Assembly (NCBI GenBank): GCA_011364985.1
Contig: RDOC01000012.1
Location: forward strand, 1-20,051
DNA length: 20,051 nucleotides
DNA from: Candidatus Thorarchaeota archaeon
Lineage (GTDB): Archaea > Asgardarchaeota > Thorarchaeia > Thorarchaeales > Thorarchaeaceae
Direction of reading: 5' to 3'
The number at the start of each line of letters is the position of its first letter. Positions within the stretch are counted from its first letter, which is position 1. Under the pieces are notes generated by a model. It saw only the letters and a program-made list of their open reading frames with translations. It did not search any database and had not been told where the DNA came from. Both the position numbers and the translations under genes were made by a program. Positions 1 through 8,646 of this stretch are shown here, in pieces.

Positions 1-800
1 GCAAGGCATCCACGGACTGTGCCGTCGCTTTGAACTCCAAGCGTTGAGATGCCTGCTTGGCACCCCCTCCAGGGAGTCAGTTGCACTGGAGGAAGTAGCT
101 TTGAGAAGTAGCCCATGTCGTGAGCCCCCGCGACCATAATCTGAGACTTTGAGTAGCTCTCTCTTGTGTGAGCAATGAACATAGCGACAGAGTAGAACTC
201 CTTCTTTGAGAGAACGTATTCCTGCGTGAGACGACCATACGGTGTTGCCATCTGAATCTGCCATGCGACTCCTCTCCTAAGGAGCAGCTGCCTTATTCCT
301 TTCAGTTCCTGCAGGTTCAATTTATGGACTGTTGTTATGACCCCCGTCGGTAGCCCCATCTCAAGGAACCTAGCAAGCGTTGATACTGCCTCATCGAAAG
401 AACCATCTTTGCCCCTAATATGGTCGTGTACCTCTGACGAAGCCCCATCAATACTGACTGTGACAAGCTCAGGACCAATCTGCTTGAGCTTATCGAATGT
501 GCCTTCTGAGATGGCGAATCCATTGGTTATGATTGACAGTTCCATTCCAAGTTCTCGAATTCGTGAGGCAATCTGAGGCCAGTCGCGTCTGGTGAATGGT
601 TCTCCCCCCATCATCGCAACACCTTGTGTGCCAATGGATTTCAGCTGGACGCATAGGTCTAGTGCTTCTGCGGTTGAGAGCTCGTCTTTCCTAGCAGTCC
701 CTGCTGCAGATCCGCAGTGAATACAGTTCAGATTGCACCGGAGTGTAGTCTCCCAGACGGCACAACCAGGTCCAGGTCGTTTCAGGGTATGTTCCTCCAT
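1..800 (-). CDS. Radical SAM/SPASM-domain protein (PqqE-like peptide-maturase superfamily), 3' end runs off the window
   Basis: Absent from the ORF track because it has no stop in the window. Manual translation from ATG at 800 gives MEEHTLKRPGPGCAVWETTLRCNLNCIHCGSAAGTARKDELST...MMGGEPFTRRDW...IITNG...VSIDG...HDHIRG...WQIQMATPYGR...WRGCQAGISTLGVQSDGTVRGCL. It has the CxxxCxxC motif, the GGEP motif and the start of a SPASM domain. An alternative in-frame ATG lies at 893. Confidence 0.93.
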   Translation of the reverse strand, partial: MEEHTLKRPGPGCAVWETTLRCNLNCIHCGSAAGTARKDELSTAEALDLCVQLKSIGTQGVAMMGGEPFTRRDWPQIASRIRELGMELSIITNGFAISEGTFDKLKQIGPELVTVSIDGASSEVHDHIRGKDGSFDEAVSTLARFLEMGLPTGVITTVHKLNLQELKGIRQLLLRRGVAWQIQMATPYGRLTQEYVLSKKEFYSVAMFIAHTRESYSKSQIMVAGAHDMGYFSKLLPPVQLTPWRGCQAGISTLGVQSDGTVRGCL

Positions 801-1035
801 ACAGATCTTGCTTGTATCGGCATCGACAAGAAGTTGTATACTGAGTAGTGCAGCACCACGGTCTCTTTCTGTTTTTTGACCAGCACACTGCATGTTGATA
901 GACTTCGTTTCCTCATTTCACATTATCCTTCTTAATCTACGATATCCATCATGGTACGAAAGATCCGAGGCATGGTGACTAATCAGTCATTCGCGTCGTA
1001 GGAAGAAAGAGACTCATTCTCTCTCTTGTCAGGGT

Positions 1036-1578
1036 TCATTCATGAACTGACTCGGGATAGTCCCTCTGCAGGTTCTGCCAGTATAGAGCAATTTTGTTGA
1101 CTCTGTCAAATCCAACAGCCTCGTAGGCTCTACGTGCAGGAATATGGGCGTCATCTAAGTCTACCTCCACCATGGCAACCTGCACGTCGTGTTCTCTTAG
1201 GTATCGAAGTACATGACGATACATGAACGTCCCCAATCCCTTTCCTGTATGCTCGGGAAGTATCCCATTGTTCAGAATAATGCCAAGATGCTTCTCGCTT
1301 TGAATCCTGAACGTGACATACCCAATGATGCCATTGGCACTTTTCAAGACCCAGACCCACTCAGGATGTTCTGTGAACAACTCATGATTCTTGGCGTTCT
1401 TCCTTTCCTGCCAGCTCTCCTTCGGGTCATTGAGTATGTCATAGATATCCTCGCCCTGCAGGATCTTCCAGCTCTCATGAATTGCCTTGTAGCAGACGGC
1501 CGTTATACTATCTATTTGGAAAAGATCTTCACGATTGGCAAATCTGAGAATTGTGCCATTCTGCACTGCAATATTCAT
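1036..1578 (-). CDS. GNAT family N-acetyltransferase
   Basis: Motif A 'ILPEHTGKGLGTFM' (acetyl-CoA binding Q/RxxGxG-like) and motif B 'PARRAYEAVGF'; GGGAGTGA RBS-like sequence upstream. Confidence 0.9.
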   Translation of the reverse strand: MNIAVQNGTILRFANREDLFQIDSITAVCYKAIHESWKILQGEDIYDILNDPKESWQERKNAKNHELFTEHPEWVWVLKSANGIIGYVTFRIQSEKHLGIILNNGILPEHTGKGLGTFMYRHVLRYLREHDVQVAMVEVDLDDAHIPARRAYEAVGFDRVNKIALYWQNLQRDYPESVHE

Positions 1579-1924
1579 CGTATATCACTCCCACTGCTCC
1601 ATCCAGAATCGAAGTTAATCCTTGTGGCTTTGTTCAACAAACTGGCTTCTTTACCAAGAGGCATGCTTTGATTGGCATGATCTTTCCTGTTCATTGCAAG
1701 AACAAGACAACCAATTCTTCCGAAATAGATGCTATGATATTCTGCGAATCTAGGCTTTGGCAGCAGTCTTGAGGTACTCCTACACAACATCATCTTTCAA
1801 CGTTGTATGATAGATGTGGATTCTCAATCTCCCCAACAATAGAAGCATCACAAAAGGACTAGAATGTGCTCTTAGGATTCTCGCACTCAAATCAGAACGG
1901 CATCTGGTTCTCTTTGTAGCACAA

Positions 1925-2389
1925 CTACATCAAACCAGCGAGTTCTACACCTATTTGCTTGAATGCCTCTTCTGCTCCTTCTTCAAGCGGCCCCTCTTTG
2001 CCCAATACAATCGCTGAGATGGCCGGCTTGGCAACAACAAGGCCCATGTTCTTCAGTTTCTTCTCAATCTTTCCGCCAGCAGATCCAGCGAATCTGCTCC
2101 TGAGCTTGGTGTCAAATGCAAATGCTTTCTTACCGCTCAAGCCATCTAGACTCTTCAGACTGTCAAGGAATTCCCTCGCAGGTTTCGCTGCATTCCAGGC
2201 GTGCACAGGAGATCCAACGCACAGTAAATCAATCTCGCCTAGCTTGTCAAAGCTGACGGCGTCAACCTTGGCAGTGTCTGTGTCAATCCCTACGCTCTGC
2301 AGACCCGCGGCCAGTGCCTTCGCCAACTTCTCTGTATTGCCATACGTGCTGTAATAAACGACCAGCGCCTTCGTCAAACCTTTCACCAT
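1925..2389 (-). CDS. Flavodoxin-like (FMN-binding) protein
   Basis: N-terminal FMN phosphate loop 'VVYYSTYGNTEKLA', plus 'VGSPV' and 'GKKAFAFDT'. Confidence 0.9.
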   Translation of the reverse strand: MVKGLTKALVVYYSTYGNTEKLAKALAAGLQSVGIDTDTAKVDAVSFDKLGEIDLLCVGSPVHAWNAAKPAREFLDSLKSLDGLSGKKAFAFDTKLRSRFAGSAGGKIEKKLKNMGLVVAKPAISAIVLGKEGPLEEGAEEAFKQIGVELAGLM

Positions 2390-2410
2390 GCAGACAATAC
2401 ACTAGGACAA

Positions 2411-2418
2411 CATATAAC
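2411..2418 (-). promoter_or_regulatory. Putative TATA box of the flavodoxin gene (leaderless-type spacing)
   Basis: Minus strand GTTATATG, 22-29 nt upstream of the ATG at 2389. Confidence 0.5.
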
Positions 2419-2464
2419 CCCTCCGCAAAAAGCAGCAGGAGCTTATGGCCATCTCAGATGCTTA

Positions 2465-3280
2465 TCATATCCTTCCGAAGTCCTTCAACACTCTTATGGC
2501 ATCGACAGTAGTCATTCCTGAGTATTCAGCTCCTTCCGCTGAACTCCAGCTGCCATTCGCTTGCTGCATTCTCTCAAGAGCATCGAGGGCTCGTTCGACA
2601 AGACTGCTCCCGCTATCTAGACCTGCATCTCTCAGGCAACGTAACAACCATGCTAGGTCCACTGCATCATGTATCTCTGGCTTGAAGTTCTCTCGCACTG
2701 CTTCCAGCAGATTCTTGAATACATCAGAGTCCGGTCCCGGATGATAATCGAACATTACCAGCGCGTCCCAGCTGGCATAGCGATATCCAGTAATCAGTCC
2801 AGATGATGTCACATTCTCCATAAGAAACTCTGCTGGACATCCCTTCGCCCCAGGCGGCTCAGCACGGCCAAATCGAATGAACCAATGGGCACAGCAGGCA
2901 GTCAGCCACGTCCTTGTGCTTGTCTTCCCGGGAAGCATATACGGCGGCGGGTCGAACATAATCACATCTGAAACCTCATCCCACCCGCCATCCTCTTGTT
3001 GAAAACTAAGGAGGAACTCGAATGTCTTATCGACTGCGGCTCCACTTCGCAGAAACAGGTCATCAAACCAGCCCACTATGTTCAGGGTCGTCGTGATGCT
3101 ACTGACATCTTCATCCCAGAAGGCAAATCCCCCATCGGACTTCCTCATCTCCTCCAGTGCATCGAACACCGATTTCTTGGGTTTCTGGTTATGCATTACG
3201 GATTCAAGACGAGCCTTCAAGATTCTGTCCTGCAAGCTTCCGATGAACGTGGATGCCTTCTGCAAATCAACTAATGGCAT
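2465..3280 (-). CDS. Prenyltransferase/squalene-cyclase (PFTB/QW) repeat protein, alpha/alpha toroid, function unknown
   Basis: Three QW-like repeats: 'EMRKSDGGF', 'SFQQEDGGW', 'RMQQANGSW'. No canonical DxDD cyclase motif. Confidence 0.75.
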   Translation of the reverse strand: MPLVDLQKASTFIGSLQDRILKARLESVMHNQKPKKSVFDALEEMRKSDGGFAFWDEDVSSITTTLNIVGWFDDLFLRSGAAVDKTFEFLLSFQQEDGGWDEVSDVIMFDPPPYMLPGKTSTRTWLTACCAHWFIRFGRAEPPGAKGCPAEFLMENVTSSGLITGYRYASWDALVMFDYHPGPDSDVFKNLLEAVRENFKPEIHDAVDLAWLLRCLRDAGLDSGSSLVERALDALERMQQANGSWSSAEGAEYSGMTTVDAIRVLKDFGRI

Positions 3281-3475
3281 TCTCTCTCAAGTCTGTAATA
3301 CTTCAAGCCCAAATATCTGTTGCGACTTCAAGTATCCTCTACCTGAAATAAGCAAGTCTTTGACTCATCCGTTCTGGAAACTCGACTTCGCAACTCTCTT
3401 GTGGCATGAATGTTCTTTTGTATCTTAGATAAGACCTTAAGCAAGAATTTCCAACAATGAATTGATGTAACCGAG

Positions 3476-3979
3476 GTGGCTGAATCAGACTACACTTCTG
3501 AAGGCAATGTGGTGTACGCAGAGTCAATCAGGGCCGGCAGAGCAGTGAGAACCTTCGTCACATGCATCTACCTCGTACTCTTTGCGCTATCTGTTGCTGT
3601 TGCCATTATGAACTCCCAGTTCATCCTGATGTCCACGGTCATCATCATTTGTGTGACGCTAGCCTTTGGATTACTGTATTTGAATTTCAGAACCTTAAGG
3701 ATCACAATGACTCCGAGTCGCCTTGAAGTGACCTATGGCAAGTTGAATCGAAAGGTAATCTCTCTTGAGCAGATTGTTGACTGTGAGCACATCCAGATTC
3801 GGCTCAAGGAATACGGCGGAATCGGAATACGCTTGGGGCGAGATGGAACCTGGGCATACAACACATCTCTTGGCGATGCAGTCAGGGTCACCATTACTGA
3901 TGACCGGCCGTTCGCCTTTTCAACGGCCCATCCTGAGAGGGTGTGCAAATTGTTACAGAAACTCAGTTTCCGTAGGTGA
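3476..3979 (+). CDS. Small membrane protein with 2 TM helices followed by a bacterial-PH-like beta domain (DUF3093-like)
   Basis: Two hydrophobic segments, then 'LRITMTPSRLEVTYG...YGGIGIR...FAFSTAHPERV'. GTG start. Confidence 0.7.
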   Translation: MAESDYTSEGNVVYAESIRAGRAVRTFVTCIYLVLFALSVAVAIMNSQFILMSTVIIICVTLAFGLLYLNFRTLRITMTPSRLEVTYGKLNRKVISLEQIVDCEHIQIRLKEYGGIGIRLGRDGTWAYNTSLGDAVRVTITDDRPFAFSTAHPERVCKLLQKLSFRR

Positions 3980-4016
3980 CCTGATTCCTTGATATGCAGG
4001 TATCGTTTTGCTGCTT

Positions 4017-4682
4017 CTATGGAGATTCTTCTTTCCTCTTCCCATATTTGCGAAGATAATACTGCCTCATCAAGTGAGCCTCGAATTTGTTGATGGTTTT
4101 GGCACCTCCGAGGAACTCAGCCTCTATGAAGGCCTTACAGGTCTTCTCAAGCACGAAGGTGCATGTGAAGGCCTCTTCCATATCGCGCCCGATGCACACG
4201 GCGCCATGATTCGCCATCAGCGCTGCATTTCTCCCCTTGAGTGCTTTCATGGTCTTCTTGACGATCTTCTTTGTGGAGGGAAGCGCATAGTCTGCCACTT
4301 TGATGGTCGGACCGATGATCTGAACCATGTCGTCGAGGATCGGGGGCACCTCGCGTCGCGCAACAGCGACGGTAGAAGCATTCATCGAATGTGAGTGGAT
4401 GATCGCACTAATGTTCTTTCTCTCACGGTAGATTGCGATGTGAAGTTTCATCTCTGCAGAGGGTTTGTGCTTTCCTTCCCATGTCACATCATCTGAACCA
4501 AAATTAACAATGGCGATATCATCGGGACCAAGTGTCTCGTAGCTCATTCCAGAAGGCGTGATTGCCATCGTTGTATCACTTATCCTGCAGGAGATGTTCC
4601 CCCAGGTCCCTCCAACCAAGCCATTTGCAACGAGTCTCTTGCCTGCATCACTGACAATCTGTCTAGCCCTGTCTGTGTCCAT
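4017..4682 (-). CDS. Class II aldolase/adducin family protein (L-fuculose-1-phosphate aldolase-like)
   Basis: 'GNISCR', 'ITPSG', 'PSAEMKLH' (catalytic Glu), Zn ligands 'HSHS' and 'NHG'. Substrate cannot be fixed from sequence. Confidence 0.92.
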   Translation of the reverse strand: MDTDRARQIVSDAGKRLVANGLVGGTWGNISCRISDTTMAITPSGMSYETLGPDDIAIVNFGSDDVTWEGKHKPSAEMKLHIAIYRERKNISAIIHSHSMNASTVAVARREVPPILDDMVQIIGPTIKVADYALPSTKKIVKKTMKALKGRNAALMANHGAVCIGRDMEEAFTCTFVLEKTCKAFIEAEFLGGAKTINKFEAHLMRQYYLRKYGKRKEESP

Positions 4683-4708
4683 GATGTCCTCTCTATGAAA
4701 CCTGTCGT

Positions 4709-4714
4709 CTTAAA
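4709..4714 (-). promoter_or_regulatory. Putative TATA box of the aldolase gene
   Basis: Minus strand TTTAAG, 27-32 nt upstream of the ATG, with a GAGG RBS-like element in between. Confidence 0.4.
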
Positions 4715-4746
4715 CAATACTTCTCAGCAGATGAGGAACTTAACCA

Positions 4747-7371
4747 TCACGATTTCTGACTCTGCCGTGGTTTCACGAAGGCAAGATAAATCATAGCAAC
4801 CGCCACCACACCAATGACTACTGCAGCTCCAATGATGAGCGGAAGAGCGTCAGAAGGCGGCGCTGTCGAAGTTGTGGTTGTTGAAGTTGTTGTTACTGGA
4901 TTGTAGACGACAAGGCCCATTTCGCCCCATACAGTGTTATTGGCAGCATCATGGACTGTGACGCTAATGGAGTATTCCCTGTTCATGGACTTAGTGGTAT
5001 CCCACCAGACAGTGATTTGTACATATTCTCCAGGATCCGATGGAGGGCTAATCGGCTCGCTTACGGATGTTCCGCCATAATAGATCTCCACTAGACGGAC
5101 TCCGCTGCCTGAATCACTTACTGTGATATTGATTCCTATAACCCCTCCGACCTGACTGCCGCTTATCGCAGCCATTCCCTCTCCCCAGGTGAATGTTGGT
5201 TTGATTGTATCAACAGTAGTATAGTTCTCGTATACTCCCTCCTCAGGGATTCTTACTGTGTCGCCGGTCCCATCCACTGCAGTGACATAATACTCCACAA
5301 GGGCATCATAGGGTTGTCCCGGTATTGACCCATTATATGTGGTTCCTGATTCATGGAGCATAGGCTCTTGTTGCCATGCTCCTCCCTCAACTCTGTAATT
5401 GATGTAGAGTCCATCTAATGAGAAGTCATAGGCATCAGCCGTAACAGGTACGGGCTCAAATGCTTCGGGTGCTGTAGTCGGGCCTTGTATACTCTCTAGA
5501 ACTGGATACGTGTCATCGTAGACGTAGAACTCATCAAGAAGTAACGTAAGAAGTTCTCCAGGCATACTAACGACCATAAGTGATACACTGACAATTTCAA
5601 TTCCATCAGGATTGCCAAAGTAACTGGTATAATCTGTGACAAGATTGCGTTGAGCCCTTATCCACTCATGAGTAGTACCTGCCATAGGAAGGTCAATGTG
5701 CATTTCAGTGCTACTATTGCTTACCGGATTATTTCTAGCAAAGTAGTAGTATATTTTGTACCCATTGGCAAACTCGAAAAACATCGTGGCCCAAGTTCCA
5801 TCTTCCTGCAAATATGATTCAAGTCGCCATGTGATATCAAAGACAGTCTGGGTTTCGTTTCGCATTGTTATTGCTAATGGCTGGGTCAGATATGGGTCGT
5901 AATCCTCCCAGACTGTGATATTCGCTGCCTTGGTTCCATCATATGAAAAGTCTGTGACTAGAACTGTTTCATGATCATCATAGCCTCCACTTGGACTATT
6001 CCATCCCAAGATTCGTTCCCCAACTGCACCTTGGTCCTCATACCCCATATCATTGACACGTGCAGAAACCATCTCAAAGTCATCGACAAGGATCTCCATA
6101 CGTCCTCCCTTTTCTGAACTCATAGCATAAAGAGAAATCCTCTCTAGGCGAATCTCGTCTGTATTGAAGTAGGCTACAGCATCTGAACAGATACTCTGAT
6201 TGAAGAGAGTCCATCCTCCCGTGATATTGAATGCTGTTGGATGGATGACTAGGCGATAGGTTTCGTTCGTTTCTGGCATCCCTATACCACCATGGGCGAA
6301 GTAGTAGTAGATGTCAAAATCATCAGTTGTATTCGTGCACTCAATTGCGACATAGGCATAGGTGTCTATGCTTGCCTCTGTCCAATCAGCAATGTTGTAC
6401 CAGAATCTTAGTGTTCCGGAATTAAGGGGCGTTAGTCGCCCACAGACATCCTGCCATACGCCACATAGACTATCGTTCCCATTGGAATCGACCGTGAGAT
6501 TTAGACTCCAATCACCAGTGTGGGCAACTGCACTCTGAGAAACCTCTGCATGGTCACTGTCAGGCATCTTTATCCAATAGTAGGTACTCTCTAAATTGCC
6601 ATTCCGTTCCCAATCTCCGATGTGCACGTCCGCGCCATACTTGAGCCATACATCATCTATGAATCCTCGGATGTACTGATTGACTCTGCCTGTTGAGTGT
6701 ATCCAGAAATACAGAGTAGAAATCCTGATTGAAGATGTTGGTTCACCGAATTCCGGGAGGTCCTCATAGTCTGCCGTGATATTGCGGCTAAAGGAGTTCC
6801 ATGTCTGTGAGGGACCCCCAATCTTGTAGAAACCATTTGTACTGGAGTTTGACCCACCAGTTGTGCCATTCAAGAAGTAATAGATGTTTTTCCCATCAGT
6901 CAGCCGTATCCAGAGATAGAAGGTATCACCGTACAGACCGGGGTCATGGTTCTCATAAAGATACCAGCGGAATTCCAGAGTCGTATTGTCTATCTGTGTG
7001 TTTGGCAGTTGTGCCCAATACGTATTTGATCCAAGCCATTCATCTGTGGCACGAGCCTGCAGACCACCTGAATGGGACCCTTCACTTACAGGCCACGGGG
7101 CGCTAGCAAGCCAAGCATATCTCTCACGGGCTTGAAGGTTTGACATTGCAGCTGGCGAAAGCGGATTGCCCCACCGCTCAAAATCTCCATTCTCGAACCG
7201 ATTTCCTGTCCAGTTGACGGGATCAAGGTTCAGACTTGAAGTCTGTGTCATTGAATTCGAACCCATATGATTCAATATTCCTATTCTGCATTCTTGATTG
7301 CTACCAGTCATGAAAACTAGTGAGAGGATCAGTAGCACAGCAATCATAGTTCCAGCCTTGAATCTTAGCAC
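4747..7371 (-). CDS. Membrane-anchored cell-surface glycoprotein: signal peptide, 3 tandem CBM/galactose-binding-like repeats, 2 Ig-like domains, Thr-rich linker, C-terminal TM
   Basis: Hydrophobic N-terminus. Repeats begin NGDFE/NGNLE/NDMGYE and end FIDDV/LVDDF/LLDEF. Many N-x-S/T sequons. 'PVTTTSTTTTSTAPP' precedes the TM and a basic tail. GGAGGT RBS precedes the GTG start. Confidence 0.85.
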   Translation of the reverse strand: MLRFKAGTMIAVLLILSLVFMTGSNQECRIGILNHMGSNSMTQTSSLNLDPVNWTGNRFENGDFERWGNPLSPAAMSNLQARERYAWLASAPWPVSEGSHSGGLQARATDEWLGSNTYWAQLPNTQIDNTTLEFRWYLYENHDPGLYGDTFYLWIRLTDGKNIYYFLNGTTGGSNSSTNGFYKIGGPSQTWNSFSRNITADYEDLPEFGEPTSSIRISTLYFWIHSTGRVNQYIRGFIDDVWLKYGADVHIGDWERNGNLESTYYWIKMPDSDHAEVSQSAVAHTGDWSLNLTVDSNGNDSLCGVWQDVCGRLTPLNSGTLRFWYNIADWTEASIDTYAYVAIECTNTTDDFDIYYYFAHGGIGMPETNETYRLVIHPTAFNITGGWTLFNQSICSDAVAYFNTDEIRLERISLYAMSSEKGGRMEILVDDFEMVSARVNDMGYEDQGAVGERILGWNSPSGGYDDHETVLVTDFSYDGTKAANITVWEDYDPYLTQPLAITMRNETQTVFDITWRLESYLQEDGTWATMFFEFANGYKIYYYFARNNPVSNSSTEMHIDLPMAGTTHEWIRAQRNLVTDYTSYFGNPDGIEIVSVSLMVVSMPGELLTLLLDEFYVYDDTYPVLESIQGPTTAPEAFEPVPVTADAYDFSLDGLYINYRVEGGAWQQEPMLHESGTTYNGSIPGQPYDALVEYYVTAVDGTGDTVRIPEEGVYENYTTVDTIKPTFTWGEGMAAISGSQVGGVIGINITVSDSGSGVRLVEIYYGGTSVSEPISPPSDPGEYVQITVWWDTTKSMNREYSISVTVHDAANNTVWGEMGLVVYNPVTTTSTTTTSTAPPSDALPLIIGAAVVIGVVAVAMIYLAFVKPRQSQKS

Positions 7372-7489
7372 GCATCGCTACCTCCCTTATTGCCGCAGCG
7401 GCCTCACGGACGTTATATCTATACCACCTAATATCTTTCATCTTTTCGTGAATTTCCAGTGAATACCTTTCTACCATGCCCGTGTCCGA

Positions 7490-7546
7490 TAGGCCTTCAT
7501 GGCTGGTAAATCTGAGGATTGTTTCATCTCGTATTGCAATCTTCAT
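7490..7546 (-). pseudogene. 5' fragment of a GNAT paralogue (relic related to 1036-1578)
   Basis: MKIAIRDETILRFTSHEGL vs MNIAVQNGTILRFANREDL (10/19 identical). Ungapped hand alignment of 7490-7547 to 1522-1579 gives 42/58 nt identity; similarity then ends. Confidence 0.7.
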
Positions 7547-7561
7547 CATGAGTCATTTTCG

Positions 7562-7830
7562 TTCTCTGAAGATAGTACTACCGCATTAGGTAGACTTCAA
7601 ACCTGTAAATGGCCTCGCCCTTCTCCGAAGAACTCCGCCTCAATAAAAGCTTCGCAGGCCTTCTCAAGGATGAAAGTGCAGGTGAGGACCTTTCCATGTC
7701 AATCCGATGCACATAGCATCATACTTCACTATCAACACCGTAATTATTCCCTTGACTACCTTCATGGTTTTCTTCACTACTCTCTCTGTAGAAGGTAGAA
7801 CATGGTCTGATATCTTAACCGTCGGACTTG
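7562..7830 (-). pseudogene. Degenerate 3' half of a class II aldolase paralogue (relic related to 4017-4682)
   Basis: Pieces SPTVKISDHVLPSTERVVKKTMKVVKG..MCIG / LTCTFILEKACEAFIEAEFFG / AIYRFEVYLMR*YYLQ align to GPTIKVADYALPSTKKIVKKTMKALKG..VCIG / FTCTFVLEKTCKAFIEAEFLG / TINKFEAHLMRQYYLR. Frameshifts lie near 7700 and 7620, a TAG at 7578-7580, and the NHG Zn ligand is lost. Confidence 0.9.
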
Positions 7831-7844
7831 CTTGACCACGAAAG

Positions 7845-8030
7845 CTAGTATTGGCTCATAGATTCTCTACAATCCCTCACCTTGCGTATGTCGATTCTGC
7901 CCTGTCCAACATCCATGAACTGCCACGCACATCCGCACTTTGTACATTCAATTCTTCCTGTCTGGTTCTGGTAGGACGTTCTTATTGGATAGTACTTCCC
8001 GCAATGGCATAGAATCTCGGATTTCCCCAT
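7845..8030 (-). CDS. Small Cys-rich zinc-ribbon-like protein (61 aa)
   Basis: CHCG...CTKCGC knuckle pair. ATG at 8030 has GGATGA upstream; alternative ATG at 8045. Confidence 0.6.
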   Translation of the reverse strand: MGKSEILCHCGKYYPIRTSYQNQTGRIECTKCGCAWQFMDVGQGRIDIRKVRDCRESMSQY

Positions 8031-8212
8031 GGTATCATCCTTCATGATTGTGAGTCAAAACAGATATGGTAGTTCAAATATGTTTCGAGGCAATGCTCCT
8101 TTCGGTCGCTTTCGTGAATTTTAATTCGATAGTTTCTGATTGCATTATCCTGACCATAGTATTGTTGATACCATGGATGACGATAGCACCGCTAGATTGA
8201 TTTTGTTTCTTG

Positions 8213-8503
8213 TTACCATGACCTTCCAGGGCTGTCCATCTTCTCAATTGCCTTGAATACTCCGTCAATCTCCTTATTAGAAATAATCTCCCTAATGGCA
8301 TTAAGCTCATCAAGGTTCTGTATTATTACTCCTATCTTCTTAGTCGGATTTCCATGTTCATCAGTGGGGTTGATTTCAACAGCCAAGTAAGCTGGCTCAT
8401 CCCCTGATCTGGGTATCTTTCTGACGAACACTCCAGGTTCATCGGTTCTCATTCGTTCGAATTTTCTCCCATGCTTGAGCATATCTCTCAGCGATGCTTC
8501 CAT
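8213..8503 (-). CDS. Conserved archaeal hypothetical protein
   Basis: The pattern 'T..PGVFV.K.P......LAVEINP.DE.GNPTKK.G' resembles a small uncharacterised archaeal family as I recall it. TTTATC TATA-like element upstream. Confidence 0.7.
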   Translation of the reverse strand: MEASLRDMLKHGRKFERMRTDEPGVFVRKIPRSGDEPAYLAVEINPTDEHGNPTKKIGVIIQNLDELNAIREIISNKEIDGVFKAIEKMDSPGRSW

Positions 8504-8646
8504 TCAAATCACAAATCTTGCCTACTCGGCTACCTTGATAAACTGTGCCGCAGCTTTTCTCGTTCCCTTTGTCTGTGTGCCAAGTCTGCGCTCCTCATTG
8601 ACATGGTAGGCATCTAGGTTCTCCTTCTGTGGGCAGTCAATTCTAT

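Noticed and set aside
782-1030. RiPP precursor upstream of the radical SAM gene (e.g. the 44-aa minus ORF from 916 or the Cys-rich ORF 691-888)
   Set aside because: These ORFs overlap the radical SAM start, have no leader/core pattern and no clear RBS; most likely shadow ORFs.
1579-1924. 346-bp gap with short ORFs 1551-1772 and 1575-1793
   Set aside because: No recognisable motif in any frame. It may be an older relic but cannot be supported; BLASTx would decide.
4866-4897. GTT-rich short tandem repeat
   Set aside because: It simply encodes the Thr-rich linker of the surface protein.
7578-7580. In-frame TAG (and TAG/TGA in the ptrB relic) as pyrrolysine/selenocysteine recoding
   Set aside because: The stops replace Gln, Tyr and Trp codons and co-occur with frameshifts and loss of catalytic residues, which indicates plain decay.
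7301-7798. ORFs 7301-7549 (-) and 7499-7798 (+) as real genes
   Set aside because: They are by-products of the GNAT/aldolase relics and the surface-gene promoter region.
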